Shown piece after piece: positions 23,758 to 38,290 of a stretch of DNA of 64,000 bases. Under the pieces are notes generated by a model. That model was not told where the DNA came from, did not search any database, and saw only the letters and a program-made list of their open reading frames with translations. Position 1 is the stretch's first letter, and the number at the start of each line of letters is the position of its first letter. Location of the stretch: positions 62,001 through 126,000 of the forward strand of contig NW_027271169.1 of the NCBI RefSeq assembly GCF_040938485.1. The letters are read 5' to 3'. The DNA is from Diadema antillarum. Lineage: Eukaryota. Both the position numbers and the translations under genes were made by a program.

Positions 23758-24709
23758 GAGAGGCATACAAAAAGTACATTCACATTACAGTAAATCTTCA
23801 CTATTAAAGCGCTAAGTTCTCCTCCTCTTGATGTATCAGTAGCAAGAAGAATTTATGATTTACATGAATTATATTGTATCGAAGTAGCTGGTGGCTGACA
23901 AGAGAACCAAGGGGAAGGCAAGGGCAGCCTCAGCCTCGGCGCCAACAAACATCCGCTGCATGTGCTCCAGAGATTGCTATTCAAGAGTGGATGCGACTAG
24001 TCAGCCGCCCAAAGCGATGCGAACCATTATCTGGCGCTACACCATCGTCTACGTCTTTCGAGACGAATAGATGCCAACGACGAGAACGTCGACAGAAAGT
24101 AGCCGAATTATCACGGAATCATTCCATATAAATGACAATGTTATAAAAGAACGATTCCGTGTCATCTCTAATATTCAAACGAATGGAAGACGTTAAATCG
24201 TGATGCCGTCATTTTTTTTTTTCAGTTTACATAATATTGCCTGCGATCTGTTTTACTCAGCAGCGAAAAATCGGTTTTCTGTCAAATTTCATAATTCTTT
24301 TCTGTCCGACTTTAACTTGACTCGTTAGGCCTAAATGCTCTGCTTGTGTGATATTACACTTTTTTAATCAAAATGAATACATTTGACGTCCCTATTCAAG
24401 AAAGTCACACATTAAAATATCAGACTTGATCTCTAGATTACTTCATTATTCAAGAAAAAGAACTAGTAAATCACTGTTTTAATTCTAGACATAGAATATA
24501 ATGCCTGCATAGGAAAATACGTCGTTTGTATGTGATAATCAAGTTTCGACATGGTCGATAAATTAGTGTCACATAATCGCATTGATTGAGCACTCGGGTT
24601 TTTTTTATTCATGCACGCCATTTTCTTTTTTTTTTTGTCTCAAGCTTACCGATATTTTTATGCAATAAGATGAAAATATTGTAATATTAGCTATGAATAC
24701 AAAATGATA

Positions 24710-24861
24710 NNNNNNNNNNNNNNNNNNNNNNNNNNNNNNNNNNNNNNNNNNNNNNNNNNNNNNNNNNNNNNNNNNNNNNNNNNNNNNNNNNNNNNNNNNN
24801 NNNNNNNNNNNNNNNNNNNNNNNNNNNNNNNNNNNNNNNNNNNNNNNNNNNNNNNNNNNNN
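24710..24861. other. Assembly gap
   Basis: Run of 152 N. Confidence 0.99.
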
Positions 24862-26727
24862 AGTCTGCGACTGCAACCGTGGTGTAGACCTACATACTGC
24901 TGTCGCGCGATATGAGTTATCTGTTTACACAATCATGACATAAAATAAGGGTATTACCACAATGAAAATAGCAGGCAAAGTTGAGAACAGTTATCGTTCG
25001 TGCGACTGACAAACGACATAAAACGAAAATCAAATAAGCTCAGTGATCTTTTGAAATACATAGTCATGCGTTGGAATATCGCTTATGAGCTTCGAAGGAA
25101 TTCCAGGCCAGTTTATCGTTTTGTCTCTTTTTACGACTGTCATGAAAACTGTCATTAATGTTGCAATAACTGACAAAACTATTATTATTCAGTTGTTTGT
25201 ATCTGCCTCAATTCGAAAGAGTGAGTTATTAGCACGAGATCATTTAATTGCCATGTTTATGAATAGTTTTAGAGAAATCAATGTATTGTAACAACGGCAG
25301 TATGAACATAAGAGGTTGTAGTTTCAACCCAATTATTCACATCCATTAAACAAATAGACCGTTCTGCACGAAAGCTGGACAAAACAGTTCCTTTTACGAA
25401 AAAAAGAAGGTATTCGTTCTATCTAACATGGACAATTATTCTATTGACCTCAATGCAACATAGTAATTGAGTTGTGATGATAGTTTTAGATGACAAATGT
25501 ATTTGAATGATTGTTGTATTGATCTACAAATGTAAACGTCACCATTACAATTTTAAACAAGCACCTAAAGTTACAATACCTATACCTTATGAAATATGAA
25601 CACAAATTCTAAATACGGCAAAAGGGATTCAAAGGTTATAATTAATTGTGACCGTGCATCACCACACGCACTTAAGCGAGGACTCAAAACAGGTGAAACC
25701 GGTCAATCTAGTCAATCTTGAGTTTTTCATATTTTCTGAAAGAACAATCCTTCTACATTGTTCTAAGGTTTGGGTTCATAGAACGAACGGGAATTTGTGT
25801 TTTAAGCAGTTTTTCTAGAACATTGTCTTTTGTAGAATAGTGTGATTTACGTTAGGTAAATTTTAAAGGCCCCTTTTAATTTCTTAAAAACCGTTTACAC
25901 ACTCTTAACTTTCCACTCTAATAACTTTTGAAAGGATGATGCTACTGCCTTGAAAGCTGGTATTGATTATGGATATAATGTGTTTACAGAGCATATTCAG
26001 TTTCAGTTTAATATTATAATGCTTTCATTGTTGTTGCCATGTCGTTTTATACCCTTTTTTTGTCTCATACATTGCACAGAGCACGCTTGGTAAGATTAAG
26101 TGCTTGAATAGGCCTTGTATTTCAGAGCCTCTTTTGTCAGTATACACACTTCTCCATTTGAATTGATTTATACATAATTCTATAAAGCTTAAAGTCTGCT
26201 CTTTTAGAATCTGCCCATATATCATATTTCCTTTACTTTTACTTTACTTTTACTTTTCTCATGGAAGACTCTCATTGAAATATTTGTTGATATGTATCAT
26301 AATGTTTTCCATTCATGTATGCGCAGATGGAAAAGACTCCAATAGAGAACTTTAGAACAAAACAAGCCAAAACAATTTGAAAAATGTAAAGTCTACTTTA
26401 TATTTTTACAACACCAGGAGTACCAAAATGTCAATGTGGCTAGAATTAATTCTGGCCAATATAGCATGATGTGGAATGTGTATCCTGAGGTAGTTCCCCC
26501 TGTATAAGCGCAGAATAAATCTGAGGCTCCGGACTCTAAAAAATGAGGTCATGAATTCGAAACTTTCGTGGTGCTCCTATCCTCTGGTAAAGGATATCAC
26601 TCTTGTCCCTAGATGGTGTATCAGAAGGTACCTTAACTCGTCTATCAAGGTCCATTCGTATGATACATTGTACCTTTATGCAGAAATGCGAGCTCCTGCA
26701 ACAAGATCTCTGCAGGACTATATCACC

Positions 26728-27061
26728 TTGGTGAGTTGGCTCAGTCGGTAGCGCGTCTGCCTCACGATCCTAAGGACCAGGGTTCGAACCCGAGTCTGGA
26801 CTCAGCAAACATACCGTCCCCAAAAACACTCTGTCCCTCGGATAGGACATGAGTGTATGAGAGAGTCACAGCTCATGCACGTAAAAAATCCCGCTTCATT
26901 CATTGATCGCAAAGAGCAGGGTGTTTAACCCAGTGAAGTGGTCCCACCTCACATCCAACTGGACCCCATGGAAGACCAGCTTAGCATAGCTGAATATGGG
27001 CTATCCAGCCACCTTCTCAGATGGAAATGAACAAACACAAACAAACAAACAATCAAACAAA
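26728..27061 (+). mobile_element. tRNA-headed SINE with a Deu-like central domain
   Basis: A box TGGCTCAGTCGG (26737), B box GGTTCGAACC (26781), central TGTCCCTCGGATAGGAC...GCACGTAAAAAATCCC...AAGAGCAGGG resembling the DeuSINE core from memory, and an (AAAC)n tail. Confidence 0.75.
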
Positions 27062-27459
27062 CCTTCACCGTCAACGTTTATTGTCAAACTATTTCAATAT
27101 TCCAACCAAACTCTCCAGTGTTAGATTCCACTGCAGTGAGAGCTGATATTTATTTTGTTACAACCGATACATCACGTATTAAAAAAACCTGAACAAACAT
27201 TGGTTTTGGTGACAAGAATATGAATGTCACAAAAAATTCCTCCCTTTTCAGTCACTTAGATGATTGTCTTATGGTATTACAATCGATATCTGAGGATATC
27301 TAGACTTACAGGCTTTACGGAATATATAGCGAGATAAGAAAATTGATTAATGATAAGGATAAACAGATACTATGATGTAAAAAAACAAAAAACGAAGAAC
27401 ATTTTATTAGCTCCATTCCAGCAAAAACAAACAAACAAACAAACAAACAACACAAAAAC

Positions 27460-27920
27460 ACAAAAAAACAAACAAACAACTGTCGCGCAGTTCATAACAG
27501 AATCCTTAGGAATTTCCGGATGGCATCTCAGTAACAATGCTATGCAGTTCTTTGACGGGAAAGCGATTTAACCTTTCTAGATGGTACTAGGCCGAAGAAC
27601 ATAAATTCAGGATCGAATAAATGTCTCCTTATTTGCTGCCATGTGGCCAATAGAAATGATGCAGATTTGTACCATTATCAGATAGTCTTATTTTGTTTCG
27701 AAAATGTGGGTACAATGATTTTATTGAACTACCGAAACTTCTCGTATCAGTCGTATTCTTATCTATACTTCAGAATGCCGATAGGTTTGAGGAAATTATA
27801 AATTTGAAGGGAAAAAATCCCGTTATCATGTTGTCTACTTGTGGCTTCATTTTTCGACATCTCATATGAATCAAATTAAGTCTTCTTGAACTTTGAATCC
27901 TTTTTCATCAATTGTTTCAT
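27460..27920. repeat. Segment homologous to 41100-41520 (dispersed repeat or edge of the GPCR duplication unit)
   Basis: Shared AGAATCC..GGAATTTC.GGAT..CATCTCAGTAACAATGCTATGC and CATAAATTCAGGATCGA motifs. Confidence 0.65.
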
Positions 27921-28146
27921 TGAGCACGCCCTTTTACTTCTCCCGTATTCATGCTGTCTTCTATTATGAATAAGATAACAAAATGAAAGTACGGTGGGTT
28001 TTTTTCTGCTGGAAGGACGTTTCATACAAAGGGAGTAGTGTTCATCTCAGACAGTTACCAACACTCATAATTTTCTTCATTATCATTACTCTTGCCCTCT
28101 CTATAACCTGATCTTCTGCATGGTGAAATGGCTCAGCCGGTACTGT

Positions 28147-29828
28147 CCAAGCAAACACATAACGTTTTCAGAACGTTTCCCAAACGTTTTTTTTTTTAGG
28201 GTTTCCCACGTCTTCGTTTAAAATGGACGTTTTTAAAACGTACATATAACGTCAAGTTGGGACTTAGAATTTACCGCAACATTTTAAAAAAGTTAATGGG
28301 CGTTACAAAACGTTTTTATTATGTCTGCTACCTCTTCGTCATTTATAAATGTCCACAAAACGTTTTGACTTCGTCTGTAATGAACGTTTAAAAACGTTTT
28401 TATTTGGTCTGCTACGTCTTCGTCATTGGTTTCTTTATCATGAATATTCATGCATATTGATGAATATTTAAATGGAATATGTAAAATTTGAAAACTAGTG
28501 GAAATAGATAAAAGACATTGAATTCTAAAGTACTTACACTGGGTTCAAACTTTTTGTGTTAAAATTGTACCTACGTTATTGTTCAGTTATTCACAATTTC
28601 AAATTGTGTTATTAGGCCTGTGTGGTTTATTTTAAGTAACCATGTCTTCATGCATTAAAACATTTCTACCGGTTTATAAAAGAATGTGATATACATTCAT
28701 CAACTGGTAACGGGCTGACCCTATGTCAGAGAGAGGAGCTCAGCACCCTCCACCCCCCTAGCTGTCTGTTTTCTCTGTTCTGTCCTCACCCTTTCCGCTA
28801 TTCTTCTATCATCCCTTCTCTTCCACGATGTCTCTGCCTACTAGGCTAATAATAACTTAACACCTAGGCCGATAAGACAACTAGAGGCGCCTGCCCCCGG
28901 GAAAGGCCTAGACAACACCGGCGTCGACGGGCGGGTCCTATACCTGCTTTGCCGACGGGAACGGCGTAACCCTGCATCGCATCTCTCTCGATGCAGGAGT
29001 AGGCAGATGACATCATTTCCGGAACCCTGTCCCCTTTTCCTTCCTTTGTAAATATATCACTTGTAAATATTAAAATAAATGTGATTAGCTTTTTTGTAAA
29101 TAATTAGAAGTAGTATAGGTTTTGTAATTGAATTTAAAGGTGTATTTGAATAATTATATTTTTTGGAGCAAATTGCCCACCCGGCAGAGAGTTCCAACAA
29201 ATCTAAAACAACAACAACAACAACATCAACTGGGAATAGGATGTAGTAGGTATACTAAGTAGGTGATAGGACATTAGGAAAAAGTTCGGATAGGATTGTA
29301 GGATTAGGATTAGGGTACATTAATCCCAGATTGTGCCTGTATAACCTCACAACTGTACTTTTTTAATGCCCAATTAAAACTAAACAATAGACGTTCTAAA
29401 AAGGTTTTCTGGACGTTCTCATAAGTGGGCGTTTTTACATTTGTGGCTTCAACAATTACACGGATATGAAAGATGCTCTAAACGTTCCAAAAAGGTTCAT
29501 AAGACTTTTTACACATTCTTAAAACGTTTTTGAACATTCTAGACGGTTTTCAAATGTATTATGGACGTCCGCAGAACGTCTACAGAAATCTAAAATGTTC
29601 TCTGACGTCTATGATGTCCAAAAGGTTTTCTGCAGATCCTTAGAAATTCTGAAAGGTATTTTATTAGTCTTTTAAACGTTTAAAAGGCGTTTTTATCACG
29701 TCCATTTGAGATGTTTTAAATACGTCAAAAACCTTCCACAAAAACACGTTCTGAAAACATTTTTGAAAAAACTTCCAAATAACGAACTTGGAACGTTTCA
29801 AAAACGTTCAGACCAAATGTAAGCTGGG
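28147..29828. mobile_element. Foldback DNA element with AACGTT-rich subterminal arrays and CC(C)AGC/GCTGGG termini (CMC/EnSpm-like)
   Basis: Dense AAACGTT/GACGT motifs at 28160-28430 and 29390-29815; termini CCAAGC and GCTGGG; unrelated central segment. Confidence 0.55.
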
Positions 29829-29959
29829 ATCCAGCCTCATGCTGCGTTTACACCATGTTCCCGGCGGCCACAGCAGCCTCGCTTGCCCGAAACGCAATGC
29901 GCTGTGGGTAGGACAGTCCCTCTTCGTATTCTAGTCTTGTTCGTTCTCGTCCTCGCCCC

Positions 29960-32458
29960 CAGGCCCGTAGCCGGGGGGGGGGGGGGGGGGGGTGCGTCGG
30001 GTGCGTACGCACCCCCCCCCCCCCCCAAATTCTGAAAGGTCCACTTTTTCATAATAACGGTTTTTAGCAATTCTCAAGATAACAATCCAAATAAATATAA
30101 AGACACATTATATGCTACGTAAATGTGGAAGAGTATGTTTAACAATGTTAAAAACAATTGTACGAAACCCTTTTGTTGTATGAACCATCGAATCGTCCCC
30201 ATGCACACAAACACAAATATTATGTATCAATTTGTGCGAGCTATTACATATTGAAAACTTTCGGTCATCTGCGAAGCCGCGCTTCCGCGCGAACGCTACA
30301 ACACGTAAAACGGGTCAAAAATCGACGCATTTTTCCACAAAATCTGCCATAACTTTTAAATTGTTCAAGAAGCAAACTTGGGGCGCCCGGATTCTGAAAG
30401 TGGACACTTTAGGGATTATTTATGTGTATATATCTTTATTGTAACATTTGTAGCAATGACGCAAATTAGATCAGAAAAGTACCTTCTGAGTAGAATTGTC
30501 TATGGCGAACAGTCCAAATTTGACGAATTTGAGCATATTTTGCCGTCTTGCAATTCTTCCAGACGGGATATCTCGAGAACGGAAGATCGCACAAACTTGG
30601 GGCGCACGGTTTCAGAAAGTAGAGGTTCTGCCCATTTTTGTGACATAAGAATCTTGTCCATTGGTTGAGCAGTCCTGACGCTAGACTAAAGCTAGACTAC
30701 CCATTCACAATTGCTGTCATAGGGAACGTGTACAATCCATACAGAACTATCACGTGACGAGACTACCAACGAAAATTTGAGCCGTTGACCTTCACTGTCT
30801 GCCGTTGTCAGCAGTGTGAATTCCTGTGATTTCAAGCTTTTGTTTCTCGCCAAATATCATTTTCAACGCAATATCCAGATACAGTTGTATGTGAGATATT
30901 ATCTAGATACGTAGCAGCCTTATTGACAACATAACTGTTAAGTTTGGGAGCAAAAACGACCAAATACATTCCACATTCCATCTCATTTTTCGATGATGGC
31001 TGTAGTCGGACTGGTGCATTTCCTTCGGAGGTGGTAATAATGTAAGTAGTTGCAACGGTCACCTTGCCACCTGCTGTCTGCAATCGGGCGCTTATATACA
31101 CGTGTTGTACGCAGGTAATCAACTGAAATAATGTTGTAAATGAATGATATGCTACTATAATTTAATAAATAAGAAATAACCATTCCAGTATATATCTTAG
31201 TGTGCACAGTAAGACAGATCAAATCAAATAGGAAAACATCTGAGCACTAAGCCTGAGGTCTGAATTTGCACTCAACTTCTTCCAATGGCTAACGGATGTT
31301 TAATTTTTGAATTTCACTGACCTCCAAATTTCACAAAGAAAACCTTCTTAGCATGATGGTTAATATGACATTTGACTGATATTGGAGATGTTTGCGAATC
31401 GGATCTACTACCTTTAATATTATTAAATCTAAAATGATTATTTGAAAGTTCGGAAATGCTGGAAATATCCTACCACAAGGAGGCAAAACATAAATGGTTC
31501 ACATTTACAATTCATTTTGTTTTAAAAATTTTCTTATTTATTTTCGTTTTTGACAAACTCGCATACCAACGGCTGATATACTGTATAGTAAAGTGAATGT
31601 TTCATCTTCCAAACAGCATCCAATGGGATGGAAAACTCCAACTGAAAGGTGGACACCGTGACCATACTCGCTAAAGAAAACGCGTAATAGGGATCGTTTT
31701 TTCTCACGGATTAGATGGAAAGTGTGATGTACGAGCGTATATAATCAAAGGGTATCAAAAAGGCCGAAATTTGGGAAAATGGTATATTGTTCAATCATGA
31801 TGAAATACTTCTTTAAGGAGTAGGAAACATTTAAGGAACACTTGTTTTTAAGGCCCGAAAAAATCATATGATCATTACTCGTTTAGGGGCCATTTTGAAA
31901 GTCCATGTATGAGCATGGTGTCCACCTTTTAATTGTCGCTACCCCTCCCGGGACAGTATCAAAGGACCGTTTTGTTAATTAACGCAATCCCCCCTTCCTT
32001 TAAAAATCCTGGCTTCAGGCCTGCTAACGCGGGTATACAATAGAAAAAATAAAAGTTAAAAGAACACCAGGAAAATCACTATTCTCAATTTTGCGGCGCG
32101 CTACGCGCGCAGAGTCTCGAACACAATTAAACTTTGCAACTTCCTGGCAAAATGAGTTTATACTATTTCCTAGATGAAATACCGTAACGCGATTGCATGC
32201 AACAGACAAAAATACAAATTTCCTCGAGACTTTAAAACGTCATTAAAACAGTCAAAATTCACAATTTGCGGCGCGCTTCGCGCGCAAATTCTTATACAAC
32301 TTTTGTAGTTCGGTCGTCCAAAGAATATATATATATATATATATAAATAATTGTGTGTGTGTGCGTGTGTGTGTGTCATCACTGGTATTGGTACCGAAGG
32401 TCCGTTTTTTTAGTGACCGCACCCCCCCCCCCCTTGAAAAATCCTGGCTACGGGCCTG
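29960..32458. mobile_element. hAT-like TIR ends with poly-G/poly-C tracts, possibly several elements
   Basis: CAGGCCCGTAGCC (29960-29972) is the exact inverse of GGCTACGGGCCTG (32446-32458); a further right end lies at 32011-32023; no matching TSD found. Confidence 0.4.
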
Positions 32459-32534
32459 ACCCCGGTGAATATATGGCCATGATCAGACGCTATTCCCACT
32501 CCACGTGAACAGCAGGATGCAAATCTTACAACTG

Positions 32535-32573
<39 letters not shown>

Positions 32574-33760
32574 GGAATACTTTTAGTACCTTCGATATCT
32601 TTGACAATGATAGAAACTGTATACCTCATTAAGATTCTTATCACTGATTTGTCAAAAGTTTATCATGTGACTTGGTGCAGTTCCGTCTATCATTGCCTCT
32701 GGGTTTGACTTTCTATCTCTTGGCCTAAGGTCAAGTGATAGAAAACAAAAACCCTCTGATAGAAAGTCAAATCGTCTGATAGTAGGTCCTATACAAATAT
32801 TGACTGCTCGTGGGGATGAATAAGATGGTGTAAATTATCATTCCCAAGGTGCATTTCATACCGAAAAGAAAAGCACCGAGGGAGTGATAATATCCACCAC
32901 CATCCGAATACAGAGCAGTTAATTGGTTGATAACTCAACGTTTAAGACTAGGTCTAACTAGTAACTAGCTATGTCTATATCTGGGGCTAGTCAACTACGA
33001 ATTAGGCCTATCCTAGGCCTAAGCCTAGTTCTGGAACTAAACAGGCCGCCCGGAATCACTTACATCGTTTCTTACAGTATAGACTTAACTCCCTCAGCCT
33101 TCTGCGAGCTCCTGCATAAAATCTTGACAGAAGATTACAGTATCCAACTCCCCGTCGCTCGTGTTTTGATTCGATATTTCCAACATTGCATGTTGAGCAA
33201 ATAGAGACTGCATTTACTTAAATTTGTCTCTGTTTCATAGAGTATTAAATTGCTTCGAATCACGAAGTTGAATGCGGAGCCGGATGGTAAGGAGGATACG
33301 TTACTCGAGGAAGCAGAGACAAATCAAGTATGGGGTGTCTATTGAGAATTATTGCTCAACACGCAATGTTGAAACACGAGAGACGAGGAGTTGGATGATC
33401 TTCTGTCATCGCAATTCTGAGATCGCAATACATGCATTATGGCAAAATACATAGTTATGTTTTTTGAGAATAAAGAAAAAAAAAGGAATGGAGAGGTCCA
33501 CCAAAAAGCATGCTTGTATATTGTGATTGTATATTGCATATTACGTCGTTCTGAAACGTACATGCCTAATTGCCAATAGAAAGATGCTCAGCGCTTGCCA
33601 TTGAAAGGAATAAAGAGATGTCGGCAGAGAAAAAGAAAGGTAGCCAGATAAATTCACCAGCTCGATCAATCATCAGAACGGATTCTGTACAACACAAATT
33701 TCAATACCGTAGCGAGCAGCCAGTATATTTCTTTTTGAATGGCCTTATTTTATCCACTGA

Positions 33761-34032
33761 CGCGCATGCGCGCAGGAGAAGGAGAAGATGACTTTATTGT
33801 GTATGTCGTTCCATGGAACAGCCCCATAATGGTCGCTCATTGGATGCAACATGACCTAATTTTGCATGACAGCGAGAATTGTGGAATGGTGTCCAGATAT
33901 AAGGGTCCTGCACAACATGCAAAGATGAAGACGTCCGTCAAGCATAAACCGTAGCTTCAGGTTTGATTTCTTGTGAGAATATTATCTCGGCTTCTCGGGT
34001 TACTTAATATCCTGCTACGTCGTCAGGTGAGA
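33761..34032 (+). promoter_or_regulatory. Putative promoter and non-coding exon 1 of GPCR copy 1
   Basis: NRF1-type CGCGCATGCGCG (33761-33772), TATAAG (33898) and donor CAG|GTGAGA (34027); all conserved in the duplicate; matching acceptor at 38791. Confidence 0.55.
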
Positions 34033-35547
34033 ACAAGACTTTTTAAAAATTAGTTTTCGATTTTCTTCTTTGTGTTGACCATTCTTCAACTAAATGTAAT
34101 ATCACTGATTTGTTTAGTTCGCTCAATTTATTTTTATTTTGTCCCCCTTCCAGACAATATTCCATACAAAAGTCCCTTAAAAGTGAGGATATTGAACATT
34201 AAAAGAGTAAGAATGATCATCAAAATCTCAATAGGCCTACCCTGTTCTGTAAAATCCAGGAACATAAATGTTTGTGTTTTTTTTTTGGTGTAATTCCTCA
34301 GAATTTTGTCGAAAGAGATTCTGTTCAAACGTTGTCCTCACCCTAAAGATGTGTTCGATATGAAGTATTATATGTGACGTGTAATGGTTTTTGACGTCCA
34401 AGAAAGGTCCAGTGTTCGGGCTCTTTCTTGGGGTTACATTCTTTGGCAAATGGTGCCTTCAATTTCCTTCTTGAACCAGGTGTAGAAAATGGGTGTATAA
34501 CATGTTTTTGGACAATAACGTAGAGATAATTATATACATCTTTAATATTACATCTCTATGGGCAATTACAATGGTAGTGCTAGGTCCCACTGGTTTAGTG
34601 TAGGAAAAACTACAGAGATTGTCCGAAGGTAAGTTAGACCATGATATCAGGACTTTTTCTGAAAAAGAAAAAAAAAACAGACAAGAAGACAGAAATGTCG
34701 TGGCAGTACCTCAACCATTTCAAGCAAGCAAATTTCCTCGTGAGGAGGGTTCTCAACGTTTGTCTCCTCAAAGTTCTGATCCCTTTAATAGACACCGGCT
34801 TTTTAGGTTGTTGCACAAGCAATTTTTGTCGAAACTTTTCCTTCTTAGATCTTATACATAGTGTCTATTGAATTGTGACGAAAATTTCGTACAATTATTT
34901 ATTCACCAACATGTTCACAGGAAGACGTTTGCAGCGCTCTTATTTTGCATTTGTTTTCTCTTGGAAAGGGCAAAGAAAAAAATAATATACTTTCTAATAT
35001 TTTACGAATGGTATCACATATTTCACTTCGCTAACTCTTCAGTCAATCTGAATCGTATCATGCTTGTGGGTCTTGCCCTGTACATTGAAGCACCAATACT
35101 GTAGGGATTCTTTTTTTTCTCCCTCCCGTTTCACAATATGGGCTCATCATGTTCTGAAGCGTCTTCCATTAACTGGTTTGATTTGGCCTTTATGTTTCAA
35201 TCGCTCGCCTATTGTTGATTGTATTTACAACGATAATGCTCGTTTCCTTCGTTTGTTAGCATTCATTCTGCTTCTCAAATAAAGATAAAAATAAAATCAC
35301 ATTGTTGTGAAAATTAAACCAAAGTCTGAAAACGTAACACTTAAATCAAAGGAACAGTATAAAAGGGCCGTATTATAACATAATCATTATAAAACATTTA
35401 TGGCATCATATAGATAAAAAAAGGCAGTAGTCTACATTTGATTCAACAAGGAAGCAGGAGTCTGTAGGCATGAGCGTGACTTGACTGGACTGACTGACTA
35501 ATGTTGACAGTGAAATCACAATAATCGTAATTAATACAATTCATATT

Positions 35548-36618
35548 ACTGTTTGATAAATTGATAAATTGGTTTCATATCAATAAATTGGTTTTGAATT
35601 ATAAAAAGACAAAATTGATGGTTTTTACAAATCGACAAGTGAATACAGAAATTATTGAAATAAAGTTGGAAGTTATAATTTTATAAGAGTTTCTTCCGTA
35701 AAGTTTTTAGGAATTGTTATTGATGACAAATTATCTTGGAATGATCACATTGGTGTAATTTGCAATTTGAAGATTGCAAAGTGTTTGGGTGTTTTGAATA
35801 GGATGAAAGGTTCCCTCAAGAAATTTCATTAATTGTACCTCATTTAAATTATTGTTTACCTGCTTGGGGAAATTCAAGTTAGAAAAATATGAACAGGCTT
35901 TTTTAACTCCAAAAAAGGGCTTTCAGAATTATTTGCCATTCACCGTATCTTGCACATACAAGACCTTTGTTTTTAAAGTTGAAGTTTCTTAATATTTTAA
36001 TATGATATGTATAAATTTCAAGTTGCAATTTTTATGCTTTCTTGCCAAAACAACTTATTACCAAAGTCTCTTCTAGAGTGTTTTAAACTGAATAAAAGTA
36101 TTCACTGTTATATATGATACAAGAAATGTAAATAATTTCCATTTGCCACAAATTAGAACATCTGTGTACAAGAGATCTGTATTTTTCTCAGGACCGCACA
36201 TTTGGAATCATTTGCCAGAAACCATTCAGAAAAGTCAAAGTTTAAACTGTTTCAAAAGGAGATATAAACAATATTTGTTGAATAATGTGCAATAATTTTC
36301 ATAGAAAACTACATCATCTATATGATTAGAACATTGATTGTGTGTATGATCAGGTAATCTGTACATTCTAATTCTATACAGTTATACTGTCATGTGATTA
36401 CTGCGTCTGAGTTTGTGTGTGTGTGTGTTAAATGTATAATTGTTATGATTGTCTCAGGGTCTCAGCTTTTATATACGGCCTCGGCCTTTCTGCTGATTAG
36501 TTACAGCATAATTTCTTTACATGAAGTGTCATGATCTTTGTATTGTCTTATTTTGTAAGATGTATCTTTGTATGTTTTATGCCAAGTGTTTAATAAAAAC
36601 TTGAACTTGAACTTGAAA
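35548..36618 (+). mobile_element. 5'-truncated, degenerate CR1/L2-group LINE (3' end of ORF2)
   Basis: Frameshifted translation includes NKLVLNYKKTKLMVF, KFLGIVIDDKLSWNDHI, LQKRAFRII, GPHIWNHLP; ends in AATAAA plus an (ACTTGA)n tail. Confidence 0.85.
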
Positions 36619-36646
36619 TACAATATCACGCACAGCGTACATTATA

Positions 36647-37464
36647 TAGTGCGTATCAGAAAAAAAAAGCAATTCAACTTTGGAGAGCTACTATTTCATA
36701 ATTGTCGGCTATGTAGAGCATAATGTTGATTGTGGAAAAAGAGGAACTCTTCCTGTTTCCATTTATACCTAATTATGTTTACAAATGTCATGCATGACTG
36801 AGCGAATGAACTTCAAAGACAGCAATGACAAATAACACTTGTTCCAAGTTTGACTGTTATGAACGATGAATGTCTCACTGAATGGATGAGATCTGTCAAA
36901 AGAAAAGTGGCCAAATAAATAGGTCATCCTGTACGAGGGAAGGATTGTGTTTAGGGTTTGTGCATAGGGTTTCTTCTAACATTTTATGGTCCATAACCCT
37001 CAACATGTCCACCTTTCCGATAACTTATATAGCCCTTTTTTTTCTCTGTTCATGTTCAACACAATTATCATAGCTCGCAGCGACAAACCATGTGTTGAAT
37101 GTGAAAAGAGAAAATGGATAATGGGTTAGCCTTTGTGGGAGTGACCAAGTTATTGACAACTTGGCTATATGATGAAGGTTTATGGAACATAAAAGGTTAG
37201 GAGAAACCCTAAACACAAAACTAAAACTAGAGTTGTGCAGGCTGGCCTGTTAATTCATTGACAGATCTCATCCATTCAGTAAGGTAATTTCAATCGTGTT
37301 TTGTTTTTTCACGACAACGCTCAAACTTGAAAAAGTGCAATTTGTCTTTGATGTTCATGTGCTCAGTCATGCATGGCATCTGTCCACATGATTAGGTATT
37401 GCCGCTATGGGGAAAAAGTAGCCCTCCAAAGTTGGATTATCTTCTCCTTTTTTGATACGCACTG
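36647..37464. mobile_element. Tc1/mariner-type MITE
   Basis: TA TSD; TIR (C/T)AGTGCGTATCA; internal inverted repeats such as ACTGAATGGATGAGATCTGTCAA. Confidence 0.75.
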
Positions 37465-38290
37465 TACACTAGAGACATTAAAATCTTTTCTCAATAATAT
37501 ACAGGTCCAGAACCCTACAAATATTCATATACTACAAATTGTACTTTCACATGAAGAATAGCCAAGGATAACCACTGCTTCTTGAAGAATGAATACAATG
37601 CACAGTCTAATATTCAGGCTTTTTTATCGATTTTCCCCTTTACCTTTCCCAGCATCTCGACAAACCTTCCGCCTTTGACCATTTGAAAAGAATCAATGGC
37701 TATTGCAATAACAAAATATCAGCTTGATCAACTGTCAATGGGTACTAGGCACTTTCGACTGTGTGTACATGTCTCAGTTACTCGTGGCGTTACTGAAGAC
37801 TGATAACAAATGTCATCCCTATACAAAGTTGCTCGATCTTTAAGACAACTGCATTACATTCATTGACTGTAACCTTGCACGACTAAGTATCTACCCTACC
37901 AGTCTTGCAGTCGTTAGTTTATGATTATGAAGAGTCGTCATGCAATTTTAATGTGCACAATTCGTGGGCAGCAGAGAAAGATGTAACAAAAAGAGATATA
38001 AGTAGTCCTATGAAACTGAAAGAAAGAAAAATAGATAAATCCACTAAAGGTTACTTCAATTCATGTCCAGATTTATGACAAGCAAACCTATAGGACTATA
38101 GTGCTCAGATACACGTTAAACAAAGAACTCCAACCTATCCCATCCAATCACCCAGTGCAACTTTTATTAGCTCGGTAAGGCGGGGTGACAATCACATTGC
38201 GAATGTATCAGATTTTCACCATATCAAAATTTTTCATAAATGATCGATCTAAGTGACGTAAAAAAATTATCACTTGAGAAGTGAACTTAA

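Noticed and set aside
24687-24943. ORFs spanning X residues
   Set aside because: Artefacts of the N gap
26731-26800. tRNA gene
   Set aside because: A and B boxes are present but no cloverleaf closes; it continues into a SINE body and A-rich tail
28899-28980. HDV-like ribozyme fold (P1 GGGAAAG/CTTTGCC, P3 GGG/CCT, L3 TCCTATA)
   Set aside because: Lacks the L3 G needed for the G25-U20 pair; P1.1 and P2 are imperfect and J4/2 is non-canonical
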